DNA of 64,000 nt from Marsupella aquatica (Eukaryota; Plantae; Marchantiophyta). The DNA is taken from contig OZ316898.1 of assembly GCA_973895155.1 (NCBI GenBank), positions 8,667,079-8,731,078 of the forward strand, in the 5' to 3' direction. A program made the translations under genes and the position numbers. The stretch's first letter is position 1, and each line of letters begins with the position of its first letter. Below are positions 28,601 to 41,360 of this stretch, in pieces. Below the pieces are notes generated by a model. That model was not told the DNA's origin and did no database searches. It worked only from the letters and a program-made list of their open reading frames with translations.

Positions 28601-31600
28601 CTAGTTGTGAGGGCCTTGGCCTCTTGTGCAGACCATGGTTGCGCAAGGGGTTGAGTACTTGGGATCAAATTGTGGTGTTTGTTTTTGTATTATTTTCCTC
28701 GTGTTTTTGCTATGAACTTAAAATTGTTAGCCTTCTTGGAGATACAACTTTCTAGATGTCTATAGCTTGGTTTTGCTAGGATTCTAGCCATTTAAGTGTG
28801 TGAACATGCCAAACCTCACTTTAGGGGATTTGACATAAACCCAGCCCTTCCAAAAGAATGAGTTTTGCTTTCAAGATTATATCTACACAGTAGAATTTTT
28901 GCTGGTGGGCTAAGTTCATTTTACCTGAACTAGGGACCACAATGTGATTTGGGAACTCAAGACTGTAACTACATGGATCCAAGTGGGGCCCGCCAAGATC
29001 CTATGTGTTTTTGTGAGAGAATATCTTAGTTTTAAGTGAGGGGTGGCACCTGTAATAATTTTGGGTTTGGATTCTATAATTAGGTAGCTAATCAGGTTAC
29101 TAGTTTTGGTTTGGATGTTGGGTTTAGGAGCCTGAATGCCCATAATTTGAATGTTGATAAGAATGATGACAAAATCCTCATCCTTCTTTCTATTCACATA
29201 AATCTTGGTGGGGCCCTAGGTCACGGTCTAAGCTTAGACCCAACTCTAGCTTCTCATGCAAATTAGTTATATAGATGTATATGCCCTCCGCCACATAAAT
29301 ATGCCCTAGCTCCCCCACTTCAAGTAAAGGCTTCCCCGCATGTAAAATCCAAAATTGATAAGCTTCCTATCACAAACAATTCTCTTCAAATGCGAGTCCA
29401 GCTGAAGGAGCTAATCCATGAAGATTGGGCTAGCTCCATGTAGGGCTTGATGCAAGGCTGCATGCTCTTGGCTGGTGCTTCAATCATGAAGGATGAAAAA
29501 TTAACTGAATAGATTTGCTCATCCTTCAAACATCAAACAAAGCGCATGAAGATTACATGTCTCATGAACAGAGATGGGTGTGTGGGAGGTTGCTGGAAAG
29601 ACATTGCAACTATGGCTACCTCGTGCTACCCTTGAGTCAACTATCTACATCTATAATATGCAATCCCACTATAATTGGCTGATCGTTAGCTTATGCAAAA
29701 AGAGCGGGAGTAAATTCTAACCATCCATTAAAATTGCAATTTATTCTTACCCTTGGATCAAACCAAAAGTATTTGCCCTGCCTCCCTTGGCTGTCCTGTT
29801 TGGATTGCATTGAGTATTACCCTACCTTAGTATTTAGGTCCTGACTATACTCCATAGTAAGTCAGAATCATTGTACTTTCCTTTCTTACCCGGGTACTCT
29901 AGATGTTGGTACACTTTGCACAATGGTATCTTTGAGTTCATTGGTCCAATATGCCTTTGAAGCTGGTACCATCCTCCCGTGTTATGGAAAGATAGGTATA
30001 GGTACTAGAGTGTATTTATATGTCACATAATTGTATACTGTGCAAGGTAGGTACAAAAGACTTTAAAATATTCTCATCCCAAGAGAGAAATGAATAGTAG
30101 TACTCAGGGGAAGAAGGGCCCTTGAGGGAAAGAGAGTAGGGAGGGGAATAAAAGGATAGAAATAAAGGAACAAAATAAACAAATGTAGAAAAAAATTTGA
30201 AAAGTTGGGACAAGGAAAGAAAGGGATTTGATCTAACAAAAAAATGGCTAGGCTAATATTTATTTATCTATAGATAAATTTTAAGCCAATATTGGCACCT
30301 TGCACCCTCAAGTTTTGTCTACAACATATTAATACACATGTTTTGCACAATGACAAATTTTTGGATAGATAATGTTTTTTGACACACATAGTACATGGAA
30401 CTACATAGCACACCTTGCACCTGCAAAGCCCCACAGACCATTGTTTTATCTTTATTAGAGATCCCAATTTTTGTCATTCCAACTAAACTTCCAACTTTTC
30501 AAGGAAGACTTTTGCAATGAAGACCAATGAGACCAAGCTCCAAACAATTTTTCTCCCCAATACCTAGCTTGCTTGACATGCCCTTGCATCTCGATTAGTC
30601 TTGCTCTGGATTTTGCCCCAATTCTTTCCCTAGCTGGGCGCTCAGCTCTTTGCCCCCATTTGTGTCACATTTGTTCCATCTTTTGTAACATTGACAATGA
30701 AGAGCTGTTGCCCAACTCTTGCCCTACTCTAAATACCCATCTGAGTCTTTTGTCCCCTACTCTGTGTTCACTTGAATTGCATCATTTGATTACATAAAGT
30801 TATGTGCAATTTGAACAAGATATGTGCAATGACAACACTTTTCATAATAAAAGATCAAGAATGATTGATGACCATTGCCTTTTTCCAAACAGTTTGATCC
30901 ACCCAAAAAACCCGTTAATCCCCTCATCCCCGCCCTTCTAATTGCATGCCCTATACACCTTGGCTCACCATCTGTGCCTCCACCCTCCTTAATACACTCT
31001 CCATTCCAAAGCCCCCATTGTCTGCATGGTGAGCTGGAGCTAGACGAGGGTGGTGACAGCAAAGGGTGGGGGCAAGGGAGCGAGAGTGTGCGGGGTGTGT
31101 GGGGTGGGATGGGGGGGGGCAAGAGGGGCAGAGAACTAAAGATGAAAAGGGGGAAGATAAATTACATGAAAAAATTATCCTTACGTACAGACCCAGCGTG
31201 GACTTGAACCTGGACTGTTTGATGCCTTGCAGCAATCTCCCATCTTGCGCTCCTCCCATTCCATGCACTCACCCTCCCCAACAATATGTACACAGCGACA
31301 GTATTGATCAAATTAACAACATTGTGGCAACAAGTACCAATCAACCAAAATGATGACACCCTCGCAACTATTAATAGTGTCACTGACTACATAGTTATAG
31401 CCAAAACAACACTTCTTTATCCTGCATGCACTTTTTTACCTCACCTCAATGTATTTGTGCAATGCCTGAGTATTGGGTTTGGCAACAATAACATGGGTTG
31501 TAATTATATCATGTCTAAACTTATAACTATCGCGAAGTGCCCGATACAATCATCTTTGAAGATCATGCATAACATGCCTCAACAATTACATCGCAAAACT

Positions 31601-32642
31601 TATATTTTCTTGCCTTGCCTTGCCATCTTTTCTCCCAATTTTTCTAATCTTTACATATTTAATGCAACGCACAGGCATAGGGCTAGTAGAAAATCATAAG
31701 AACCACAGGCAATCCATAATACAAATTTTCATGCTATTTTGACAAAAAGTTTTACAAAGCATAAGAACTAAAGTGGGGTGTTGTAAACCAAAAGCGAGGA
31801 AGATTCTCTACTATGTCTTTATAAATTAAATACTAGGTGAGTCACCTTACATTGATGATTAGAACATTCATAGGCTACTTTATTTCAAAATCGGGTAAGA
31901 CATTGGGAGTCTGGGTCATAGGATGGAGTTGATGAACACAATCATGTGAGAGTGCTCTAAACCCCAAACCCTCACTTCAGTATGGTGCTTTCCCCTGATT
32001 CAAAAAGACCAAACTACATATGATTGGTTGCACACATCTTAGCTTTCTGGCAAATGTACATGATACATTGCCAAAGAGCAAAACAAAAAATGTTTAAACG
32101 GGGACAAGACCCCAAAGGCAAGAGACCCTAATGAAAGGGAGCAAACAACAAAACAACCCCAAAAGACCAAAGAGCCCAAGAGAGCTACGTACCTTCTTGG
32201 GCAAATGAACTAAAGCCGAAGCAAATCAACGTGAAGAAATGCCAACTGGCTTGTGAGCTGCCCGGAAGAATGCAACCTTGAACCAGACTCATGTCAACAC
32301 ATAAGTGAGCAAGAATTAATTGCCTTGGACCCCTTCCTATGCCAAGCCTGAAAGAAATTTGTTTGGAGTTACAAGGGCAAGGGCTCGAAACGTTCTGGCC
32401 CTTGAGGTCCTAACCTTAAACTTCATGATAACAAAGTTTGCCCTGTGTAAGTTTCAGGGGGTAATCCCAACGGAGGGACACAACCAGCCTTGTGCACTTG
32501 ACACTTCGTAGGGCAAACCATCTACTGTACTTGTTTCCAATCTTTCCGCAAATGTTGCGAGCAGCAATATTGAGGGCTGCTACATGGGAGTTACATGGGA
32601 GTTGGTTCTAAATCACCAATCACACCCCTAGCTAGATTTGTG

Positions 32643-32698
32643 TTAGGGTTTGGGATGAACACAATCAAGTGAGAGGGTTCTAAACCCTAAACCCTAAA
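32643..32698. promoter_or_regulatory. Telo-box-like motifs upstream of the dehydrogenase/snoRNA host gene
   Basis: TTAGGGTTT at 32643 and AAACCCTAAACCCTAAA at ~32682, ~200 bp upstream of ATG 32895. Telo-boxes are known in plant ribosome-biogenesis and snoRNA promoters. Confidence 0.45.
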
Positions 32699-32894
32699 TA
32701 CAGCGAGGTGGATTTTCTCAAAGGTCAGATCATGAAATGAGACACCCACAAAAGCCCTAGACCCATCAGTTCCACTACGTTAATTAAGGTCGAGCTCCGA
32801 AGGGTTTTCGTTGGGAATGGCTCAGATTGCAGATCACAAGGTATTCATTCGCAGCACTTTGTGCAGTGTGGATTTCACAAGTCATGAGAAGCTG

Positions 32895-35800
32895 ATGGCG
32901 GCGGGAGTTGTGGCAATTAGCAACTCGTTGTTTCGTCTCCCTCGCGTTGCTATTGTGCGTCTTCCCTCTGCTCCTCGTCTCTCGTACCTTCTCTGGACTC
33001 CCTGCCTGTCTCGTGCGCCGAATCGCCTTTGTGGAGGTATGCTGTCAAGCGAAGGATGGTTGGTCCATGGATGTGTTGAATGTGGCCAGTATGTCTGTCC
33101 TGCACCTCCTCGCCTCCTTTGTTGCCCTTGTTTTCTCAGTGAGATTTTTTCGGTGCTTTACACGCACGGTATTGAAACAGTCTGGAGATTCGAGTGTGAA
33201 GTTGTTGCTCATTACTTTGTTGCTTGCGACACAGCGAAGTTTGGGGTGTTTCGTGCGACCGTTTAGGTGTGAGGGGGAGGGATTTCAACTGCTGAGATTG
33301 ATCTTTGTCGCAAAGCATGCTTGCCATTGGATGTTGGGCTGGGGGCCGCAGTTTTTTCCAGCTCATTTAGTGCTTAAGCAAAGAATCTTGCTTGCTTTTG
33401 AGTTATGTTGTTGCTCGGATATTTCGAGCTCTTAACCTAGCGTTAGGCTATTCAGTCAATGTCGCATTCAAAGTGGGATTTTATGGGACTGTCGTGGAAG
33501 ATTGTGACGAAGTTTTTGGATTTCCTCAGTCCATCTCCTTTCGCCGTCGAGTGATTCTTTCGGATGGTTTTGCGATGCCGAAGATGGCCAACAATTTAGC
33601 CAGCTTTCAAGGATATGGACACGATTGACAATGTGATGTGCAAGTTCTCACTGAGATGGATCGCCCGTGGATGCAGGAATCCCAGCTCCGGTGTTGAGCT
33701 TCTCCTCAAGTTCAATGCCTGAGATGGTTAAGGACATCGCTCCAGGTGTGACACGTGTCGGGTATGTTTGCAGGATTGCTCCTGAAGAACCTACCTCCAC
33801 GCACATTTCAAAAATTTATTAGTTGCGCTCGGAACGGAGCTTTTGTTTGTTTATATTTTGTAATGTTAGTGTGAGCGGAGATGAGGTCTGGGCGTTAGGA
33901 GATATATGACCACCCTATTTGCATCGCGAGAAATGTGAACACTGAGTGCGCATGACGAGGAATGTTAGCAGACTAAAATCATTCAACTTTCAGGGTTTTC
34001 TTCGAGCCAAGAGCTATGTTCGGTGAAGTTTGGTAATTCTGTGGGTTTCTATCCTTTGGTTTAGTGCATATTGGGTCTATCGTCGGAGTTGTGATTTTTC
34101 CCGGATTGAGGTTTTGGAGATCTGCACTCAATTTTTGCCTGCTTGGATTCTGCTTTAATAGAACGTCTTGATCCTCTTCTCTAACCTTGTTTTTAGGTTG
34201 ATTTTTGTCTGCTAGGGATAAGCAAGATTATTAAATTGTTATCACCATTTTTGTATGTTGTTGGTTGACTTTGGGTCGGGAAGCTGAACATGATCGCATG
34301 GTTGTTTCTTGGCGCTTTTGCTACTCTCACTGTAGGATATAAGGAATAATAACTCGCACACAGAGTAGAGAAGCAAATGCTGTTCCCGTTGATCCTAATA
34401 ATAAGAATAACAACAATAACTGGTGACGGTCGAGATGAGTAGCTTGCTACTCTAGACGTACCAAGTGTCTCCTCCGTAGTTTTGATACTCCACAGGCTCA
34501 AGCTCTCGTCTCGAGACTTTCTTTCCCTAACCCTGTCAGTGGGTTAGTGTCTGGCAGATGCATGTGATGAGAAAATAGATAGGGACAGCTTATCTCCTTG
34601 GAGGGATGATGACACTATCTAATGGGAATCTCTCTGATGCTTCCGTATCATGTCTTGGCAATCAAAATGTTGATGCTATATGTGCAACGTTGAGATTGAT
34701 CTTGAGGTGGTTTTTTTACTTGTGAGATGGGAGAAAAGATAGAAACACCTTATCTTTATGTAGAGATGACGAAACTATCTTATAGGAATTGTTGTGGATC
34801 ATAACCACGAGGTTTGCTTTGTAAATCATTGTAAGAGGTTTGACGAGGACAAGAGAGGGTCGCCTGATGTTCTTATAGAGTTATGACCCGATCTTTCGGA
34901 TTCTGATGTGTTTCCCAATTTTGACACTGGGGGAATTATTCACCTAGGATGGGGTCAATATTTTCTGAATTTTCCTCAGTTGAACTGAATGTTATCGATG
35001 TACATGTAAGTGGGAACTGATTAAATAAACCTTTCCCAGATACAATCTGGAAGATTATAGCATGTGATGAGAAACCAGATAGGGACAGCTTACCTCTTTG
35101 TAGGATGATGACACTGTCTAATGGAAAGCTCTCTGATGCCTCTTCTAGCTAGAGATTAGGTTAGTTGTTATAAGCCTGTATGATGAAGGAACTAGACCTT
35201 GAGGTCTATGTCCTTGGGGCATGGATGACATGTATGGTAGTAGGACCTACTCTGCTGGCTCCGCTGGATAAAGATTTGGATGATCATTATTGTTTAGCGT
35301 ATGATGAGAAACCAGATAGGGACAGCTTATGTCTTGACATATGATGACACTATCTAATGGGAATCTCTCTGATGCCTGTTCTAGCCAGAGATGAAGGTAG
35401 GTTTTATACGATTATAAGCTGAAGAAACAAGACCGTGAGGTCTATTTCCTTGGAGAATGGATCCCATTGTATGGTAGGAACTGCTCTTGTAGCTCCGCTG
35501 GATAGAGATTTGGATGATCACCATTGTTTAGCGTATGATGAGAAACCAGATAGGGACAGCTTATGTCTTCACAGATGATGACACTATCTAATGGGAATCT
35601 CTCTGATGCCTTTCTAAGCTAAGATTAGGCTAGTTGTTATAAGTATGCATGTCTGAGATAGTACACGAGTCCCATCTCATTGTAGGTCCCCGTACTGGAT
35701 TGACGAGGAATCCCTCTCATGCCCTGGTTACTGCTATTTAGCATGTGAAGGGGAACTAGATAGGGCCATATCATCATCAACAGACGTAAAGAAACTACCC

Positions 35801-38800
35801 GTTGGGGCAATCTCTCACATGCGTCTCGACGATCTGTGCTGGGGCGAAATGCTATCATCACGGGTGTCATCTTTAACAGCTTTTCCCCTCTTAGAAAGGA
35901 TTGTCCTCTTAATGTGTATCTCTTATGCCTCTTCCTGGTAGAGACTGGGGTTGTTATGAACTAGCAGGTGATGAGAAACCAGATAGGGACAGCTTATCTC
36001 ATAGAGATATGATGACACTATCTAATGGGAATCTCCCTGATGCCTTTTGAAAATCGATGTCTGGGGCATTTATATCATCCAGGTGTCATATTCGGTAGAT
36101 CTTCTCGTCAAAGAGGCGATTTTTCTCTCCGCTGTTTCGGGATAGTAAAGACGTTAATGTTGTCAACATGCCTGAGATGATATCGATGACATAAGGGATT
36201 AATAGAGCTGATCATGTTGTTTAGTTCACCTTAGGAGCAGGGAATGTGGGCGTTCCCTTGGAGGAAAGAACGACGTGAAAGGCGAGTTTGCGAGTGTCGG
36301 AGAGAAATCTAGCACTGGTTTCTAATGCCTGTAAATTTGGAATATCTGAAAAGCATCCTTCGTGTGTGTAATGACACTTGTTGGTCCATCCGAGAGTAAC
36401 GCATCAATTGTTGAGGGACGTTTTGGCTTCTGGAAGATTTGACTTCACGAGACAGTTGGCTAGTTTCTTCTCTAGCAGGAGATACACGGTTCCATGTCCA
36501 CCTTGTCCTGCTTGCCTTTATTTACTAAAGAAAAATAAGCCATAGTGATAATCTTGGAGGGTTTACGGGTTTTATTGTTTCTTATATTCAGATGGATTGG
36601 GACGGGAGTCATGGGCCAAGCCATGGCTGGCCATATCCTTGCCGCTGGCTTCGAAGTTACTGTTTTCAACCGAACTCGCAGGTAAGAATGGCGTTGGCAA
36701 AACTCAAGCTGAAACGGTTTGCAATGGTTAAATTTCGGTGGATTCTATTGTAGATATGCTAGCAAAACAGTAATAATAGTTGTATGACATGAAGCCTGAT
36801 TTACTCGCAACAAATGCTTCTGAACACCATTCTGACGAATATGAGCGGCCCTAAACTGACAGCATATCTGTGTGCTTCGTGTACAGCAAAGCTGACGGTC
36901 TTGTTTTTAAGGGGGCAAGATATGCAGAAACACCACTTGCTGTTGCCCAGCAAAGTGATATTGTTTTCACAATTGTTGGGTAAGTACGATTTTGAAGTGT
37001 GTGCCAGTTTTTGCTTCGAGTCGGTTTACAAGCCTTCTAGTAGAAACCTGCACTCTGTAAGAGCGAATGAGCTTCTGTTACTTGAAATATTTGATCATCT
37101 GTCATGCAGTGGACCTGGATGTCTTGAAGGCTTAGATTTATTGAATTAGATACTTCGTCGCATGAATGCGGTCATGATTGACAAAAGATTTTCTGCTGCA
37201 ACGTTGAAGGTATCCTACAGATGTGCGACAGGTGGTGCTGGGAGAGAACGGAATCTTGCATGGCCTCAAAACCGGCGGCATTGTAAGATACCTCTGTAGT
37301 TACGATATTGTATGTGTGATTAGGATGTGGAGTGGTGGTAGTAGAAGCGAGATGATTCTCCCAAATCATCTGTCTTACCTAGGAATTGCTAGGTCTACTT
37401 TTGTACTTGACGCATATCTACCGCTGTACGCAGCTTCTATAGCAGATAGGAAGATAATGGCAGAATCATGTGATTCCTGTTTGCCTTCGTTAGGGGGAAT
37501 GCATTGGAGGTATTTATATGCGCTCTAAAGTTTATTTTATGTTTGTCTGATATGCTATGGTTGGTGATGTGCAGTTTGTTGACATGACAACCAGTGAACC
37601 TTCTCTTGCACGGGAAATATATGCAGCTGCCAAAGAAAAGTAAGCGGGACTTTTTTCTTTGAGGTTATCAGATGTGCGTATTTATGTTTTCTTATTTCCG
37701 AAGGAAAGGTTGAAATGCAACGGTACCTGAGGGGGATCTCAAGCTGTATGTTGTTTCTCAAGGTCTGTGGAAGCAGTTGATGCACCCGTTTCTGGTGGGG
37801 ACAAAGGAGCCAAAGCAGGCACTCTAGCGATTATGGCCGGTGGTTTGGAGGAAACGGTATGCTACAGTGTCAGGCAGCTTTTGGCCTTAGTTCTCTTTCG
37901 CTGTTCGATGACCTATTCTTTGCCTTGGTTAAGTAGGAGAAGAATTCGAATTTGCAAGCACTTCCTTGGTGCAGCGTATCCATTATTATTGTCTCTCAGC
38001 GACCATGATGGTTGCTGCAGGTGAAAATGCTGGACCCTCTCTTCAAAGTCATGGGATCGTGTACCTATATGGGACCGTCGGGATCAGGCCAAAGCTGTAA
38101 GCTAGCGAACCAGGTAAGATATCTGCTTCTTTCGGTTCTTGTTTTGTGACAAGTCTGCCCAGGTTTCCAGCGTTTACCATAGTCTTTAACGATTGGTCCC
38201 TTATTCTTAAATTAACACGATTTGTGCAGGTCACAATCGCATCAACAATGGTCGGCCTTGTTGAGGTGAAGCATTTTTCTTTAGTTGATGTCTTTTGCTG
38301 AATATGTATATTTCCTTTCATGTATTCTGGCGGCGTTGGCGTCAACCCATTCCCCCCCAAATCTCCTTTCTGTCCCCCAAAATCACTTTTCGAATCTAAA
38401 TGTCTTCATAGGGAGACGATTCCTACGTTTTCTTAGTTCCGTCCATCCCGTGTGCTCAACTGAGACGAGGTTTTTATTCTCCTGGGTGAAGTTCAGAGAT
38501 GAATTGTTGTTAACTCAATAGATAAGTGTAGGCTATGTTGTAGATCAGAGGAGCCTTGTGTGTTTATAGAGCTATGACCACGTACTGTCCAGCTTTGTCT
38601 TCTAAGTAGCCGTTGAGACCGTACTCATCCCTCAATACTCTACAATGCTATGCCCGGTAACTTGTTATTGAGGAAACGTGGACCTATCATAAGTTAGGTT
38701 GCATGTTGACCGACCTAATTACCGACCTAATTACCGTTCACTATCTTGACCATCAGTATTCTGTTGGAAATTATTGCAGGGTCTGATATATGCTTACAAG

Positions 38801-39915
38801 GCAGGGCTTGATATTACAACGTAATCTCAAAACGACCCCCGCGTACTGTCTACTCATGGTTGTAGGTTGTTTTGAGTATTTTCTAAATGATGTGAACAGG
38901 TTTCATTGTGGGGGCTCCATGCTTTTGTCAGCTCGTGCTTTCTTTTGCAGTCAGCCAAATTGTGATGGGCTGGGTGCATGCGTGATTAGGAGCTTACGCA
39001 GAGTTGGCCAGACAATGGAAACAATGAAGATGAATTGACTTGTTAACTTCTATGCTCTTGTTGGTATCTCGCAGATACCTGCAAGCAATCTCAGGAGGCG
39101 CAGCTGGTTCCAAATCTATGGAACTCTATTCCAGCCGCATACAGAGTAGAGATTTTGCTCCAGGTAAGCCAGGATGGTGTCTCTGACCTCTATTTGGGAT
39201 TTACGCTTTAAGGTACCCCGACTGTAAGTTAAAGCTACTGTCTAGAAGTATGAGGAGATTGGTTTAGGGTTTAGGGTTGGTTTGTTATTTGGATTCGGTC
39301 ATCCATTCTCAATGCTCGAGGAAGGATCATGTTCTTGCGAGTATTTGATCCCAGTCTCATCTGTCACTTGCAAGTTTGGGATATATATCTTTGATAACGT
39401 GACTAATTTGGTCAGATCACTTTAAAGTTGCCCCATTGATAGGCATCGTCCACGTTCAGTATAAGTTTAAGATGGTCGGCAGTCTTCTCTGTCTAGTTTG
39501 TCCCCAACTGTGTTAAAGAGTCTTACCTAGTGTGACTTTTCTGGCACAGGATTCTATACCAACCACTTTGTGAAGGATCTTGGCATTGCGTTGAATGAGT
39601 GCCAAAGAATGGGGCTTGCACTACCTGGCCTTGCCCTTGTGAGTGTCGATTCCTCTACAAGTTTCACATTTTTTTCTGATTGAACATAGTGCTGCCTTCT
39701 GTGAGGAGAGAGGCAGTTTGGTTGGTATTCATTGAGGTTTGGAGGGTCATTTATAGTTTACTGTCGTGGGATCTTGATCATCTATCGCTTAATGGTCCCA
39801 TTTCCATTTGCAGGCCCAGCAATTGTATGTCTCATTGAAGAGTTATGGTGAAGGAGACCTAGGAACCCAGGCATTGATTTTGTCTTTGGAACGCTTGAAT
39901 AACATCAAGCGGTAG
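32895..39915 (+). CDS. 3-hydroxyisobutyrate dehydrogenase-like (beta-hydroxyacid dehydrogenase), probably organellar, 13 exons
   Basis: GT-AG exons 32895-33036, 33677-33761, 36592-36681, 36887-36979, 37210-37282, 37575-37639, 37762-37856, 38021-38113, 38230-38265, 38780-38820, 39075-39163, 39550-39638, 39814-39915 join in frame. Motifs: [11 protein letters not shown] (Rossmann), [37 protein letters not shown] (catalytic Lys), [18 protein letters not shown]. Exon 1 is R/S/L-rich with no acidic residues, like a transit peptide. Confidence 0.93.
34560..34640 (+). ncRNA. Box C/D snoRNA, dual guide (snoR44-type; U74/snR64 and U79 equivalents), copy 1
   Basis: C box GTGATGA 34564; guide AGATAGGGACAG + D' CTTA; C' TGATGA; guide TGGGAATCTCT + D CTGA 34634; GCA/TGC terminal stem. 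Guides pair with LSU rRNA GAGAUUCCCACUGUCCCU. Confidence 0.9.
34838..34910 (+). ncRNA. Diverged paralog of the array snoRNA retaining four box-like motifs
   Basis: TGACGA 34841, CTGA 34864, TTATGA 34881 and CTGA 34903, with similar spacing but altered guides. Confidence 0.35.
35060..35139 (+). ncRNA. Box C/D snoRNA copy 2 (D' guide intact, D guide mutated)
   Basis: All boxes present. D guide reads TGGAAAGCTCT instead of TGGGAATCTCT. Confidence 0.8.
35297..35375 (+). ncRNA. Box C/D snoRNA copy 3
   Basis: ATGATGA 35301, CTTA, TGATGA, CTGA 35369. Both guides intact. Confidence 0.9.
35531..35609 (+). ncRNA. Box C/D snoRNA copy 4
   Basis: ATGATGA 35535, CTTA, TGATGA, CTGA 35603. Both guides intact. 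Confidence 0.9.
35964..36043 (+). ncRNA. Box C/D snoRNA copy 5
   Basis: GTGATGA 35968, CTTA, TGATGA, CTGA 36037. Both guides intact; GCA/TGC stem. Confidence 0.9.
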
Positions 39916-40249
39916 GCAACTGAAGGCGGGTTGATTTGGAGACTTGTCGTCTATTAAGAAAATGACCTTGGGTTGTACAAAATGTTATATTCACTAATTA
40001 GAATGTAAAGGTTCACTTATGTCATAGTAGATTGTAAAGACTGTATAATTATCGGAAGAAATCTACGAGTTTCTTTCGTTACTCGCGCGCAGTTCTAAAA
40101 ATTGTTTTATTTAATAAAAGATTTTTCATTGTAGCTTGGAAGTTCCGTTATAGGAACCTGTCCTACCCTCCCAAATCTCTGCGTGAGGGCTTACTTGGAT
40201 CTGTGCAAACATCTCAAATCTCTGCTTTAGGACCTTCTCGGATCCGCAC

Positions 40250-41360
40250 CTAGAAGCATCATCTTTCAATTGGAGTTTCACGGGCGCAGTGAAGATAAAT
40301 GAACTTGTATGGAATATATCGGAAGCATCATCTTTTAATTGAAGTTTCACGGACGCAGTGACGATGTGAAGATGTAGTGAGCTTCTTTGGAATATACGTC
40401 TTTTTTCGGATAAATTGATGTATCGTGTATACTTCCATGAGTCTTGCATTCCACTGGTTTGTGCGTCTTTGGACCAAGTGTGCATTTACAGACTTGGGTG
40501 TGATTATGGCAGAGAGAACAATAACACATGATCCGGGTGGCAATCATTGCTTGCGATTCGGGATTTCATGTCAGCAGTTGGTATTGCTTGTCACCTCTTG
40601 GACAAGAGTCCATTGTCTAGGGGATGTGGTGGTTACAGTTCGTATGGGCAGGAGTCATGTTTTGTCCATGTACCAGACCATGCACAGGTGCTCCTTATCT
40701 TTTCCTTCACATGTGTCTTTTCTCTAGCTGATGGTGTGGTAGTTACAGATCCTGTAGGCAGGAGCCATGTTGTCCCTGTACCAGACCATATGGCAAACAA
40801 GGCAGCCCGACTCATGAAAAGCTGACTCATGAGAAGCCGGCCTCATGAACAAACACTCAGGATAATATAGCTGGCCCTGTTCTCTCACTAGAGTGTCCTG
40901 CAATTGAATGGAGGATGCGTTTTCAGTAAACTCACACTGCAGCCCTGGTTCTCCCACTACATGTTTGTAAGTGATGTGGGAGGTTTTGTATAATGCGAGC
41001 AAACGGGAATAAAACGGGAATTTTGTTAGTGATAAGACTGACGTTTATAAGTGATGTGGGAGGTATTGTCTATTGCACGCAAACAGGAATTTTTCGAGGG
41101 AGAAGAGTGTTGTTAGAGGGAGACTTGGTTTAGAATTTCATTTGCTTTGACCTGTCTTTTATATTTTTGTGTGTTTATAACTTCAAATGGCTAGCAAGTT
41201 GTTTGTAAGTGATGTGGGAGGTATTGTATTATCCAAGCAAACAGGAATTTGTTAGTGAGAAGAAATTATGAAACTGCTATATGAACCTTGCAATTTTGAG
41301 TAATTTGTTAGTGAGAAGAAATTATGAAACTGCTATATAAACCTTGCAATTTTGTGTTAT
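40250..41360. repeat. Cluster of short local duplications between convergent gene ends
   Basis: Pairs at ~40252/40322, ~40625/40732 and ~41247/41304. TAAGTGATGTGGGAGGT at ~40968, ~41048 and ~41206. Confidence 0.75.

Noticed and set aside
32811-33435. ORFs of 151 and 175 aa as standalone genes
   Set aside because: Only 32895-33036 fits as exon 1 of the dehydrogenase. The rest is intron read-through or an alternative frame.
39203-39218. Interstitial telomere array
   Set aside because: Only ~2 units, which is telo-box-sized.
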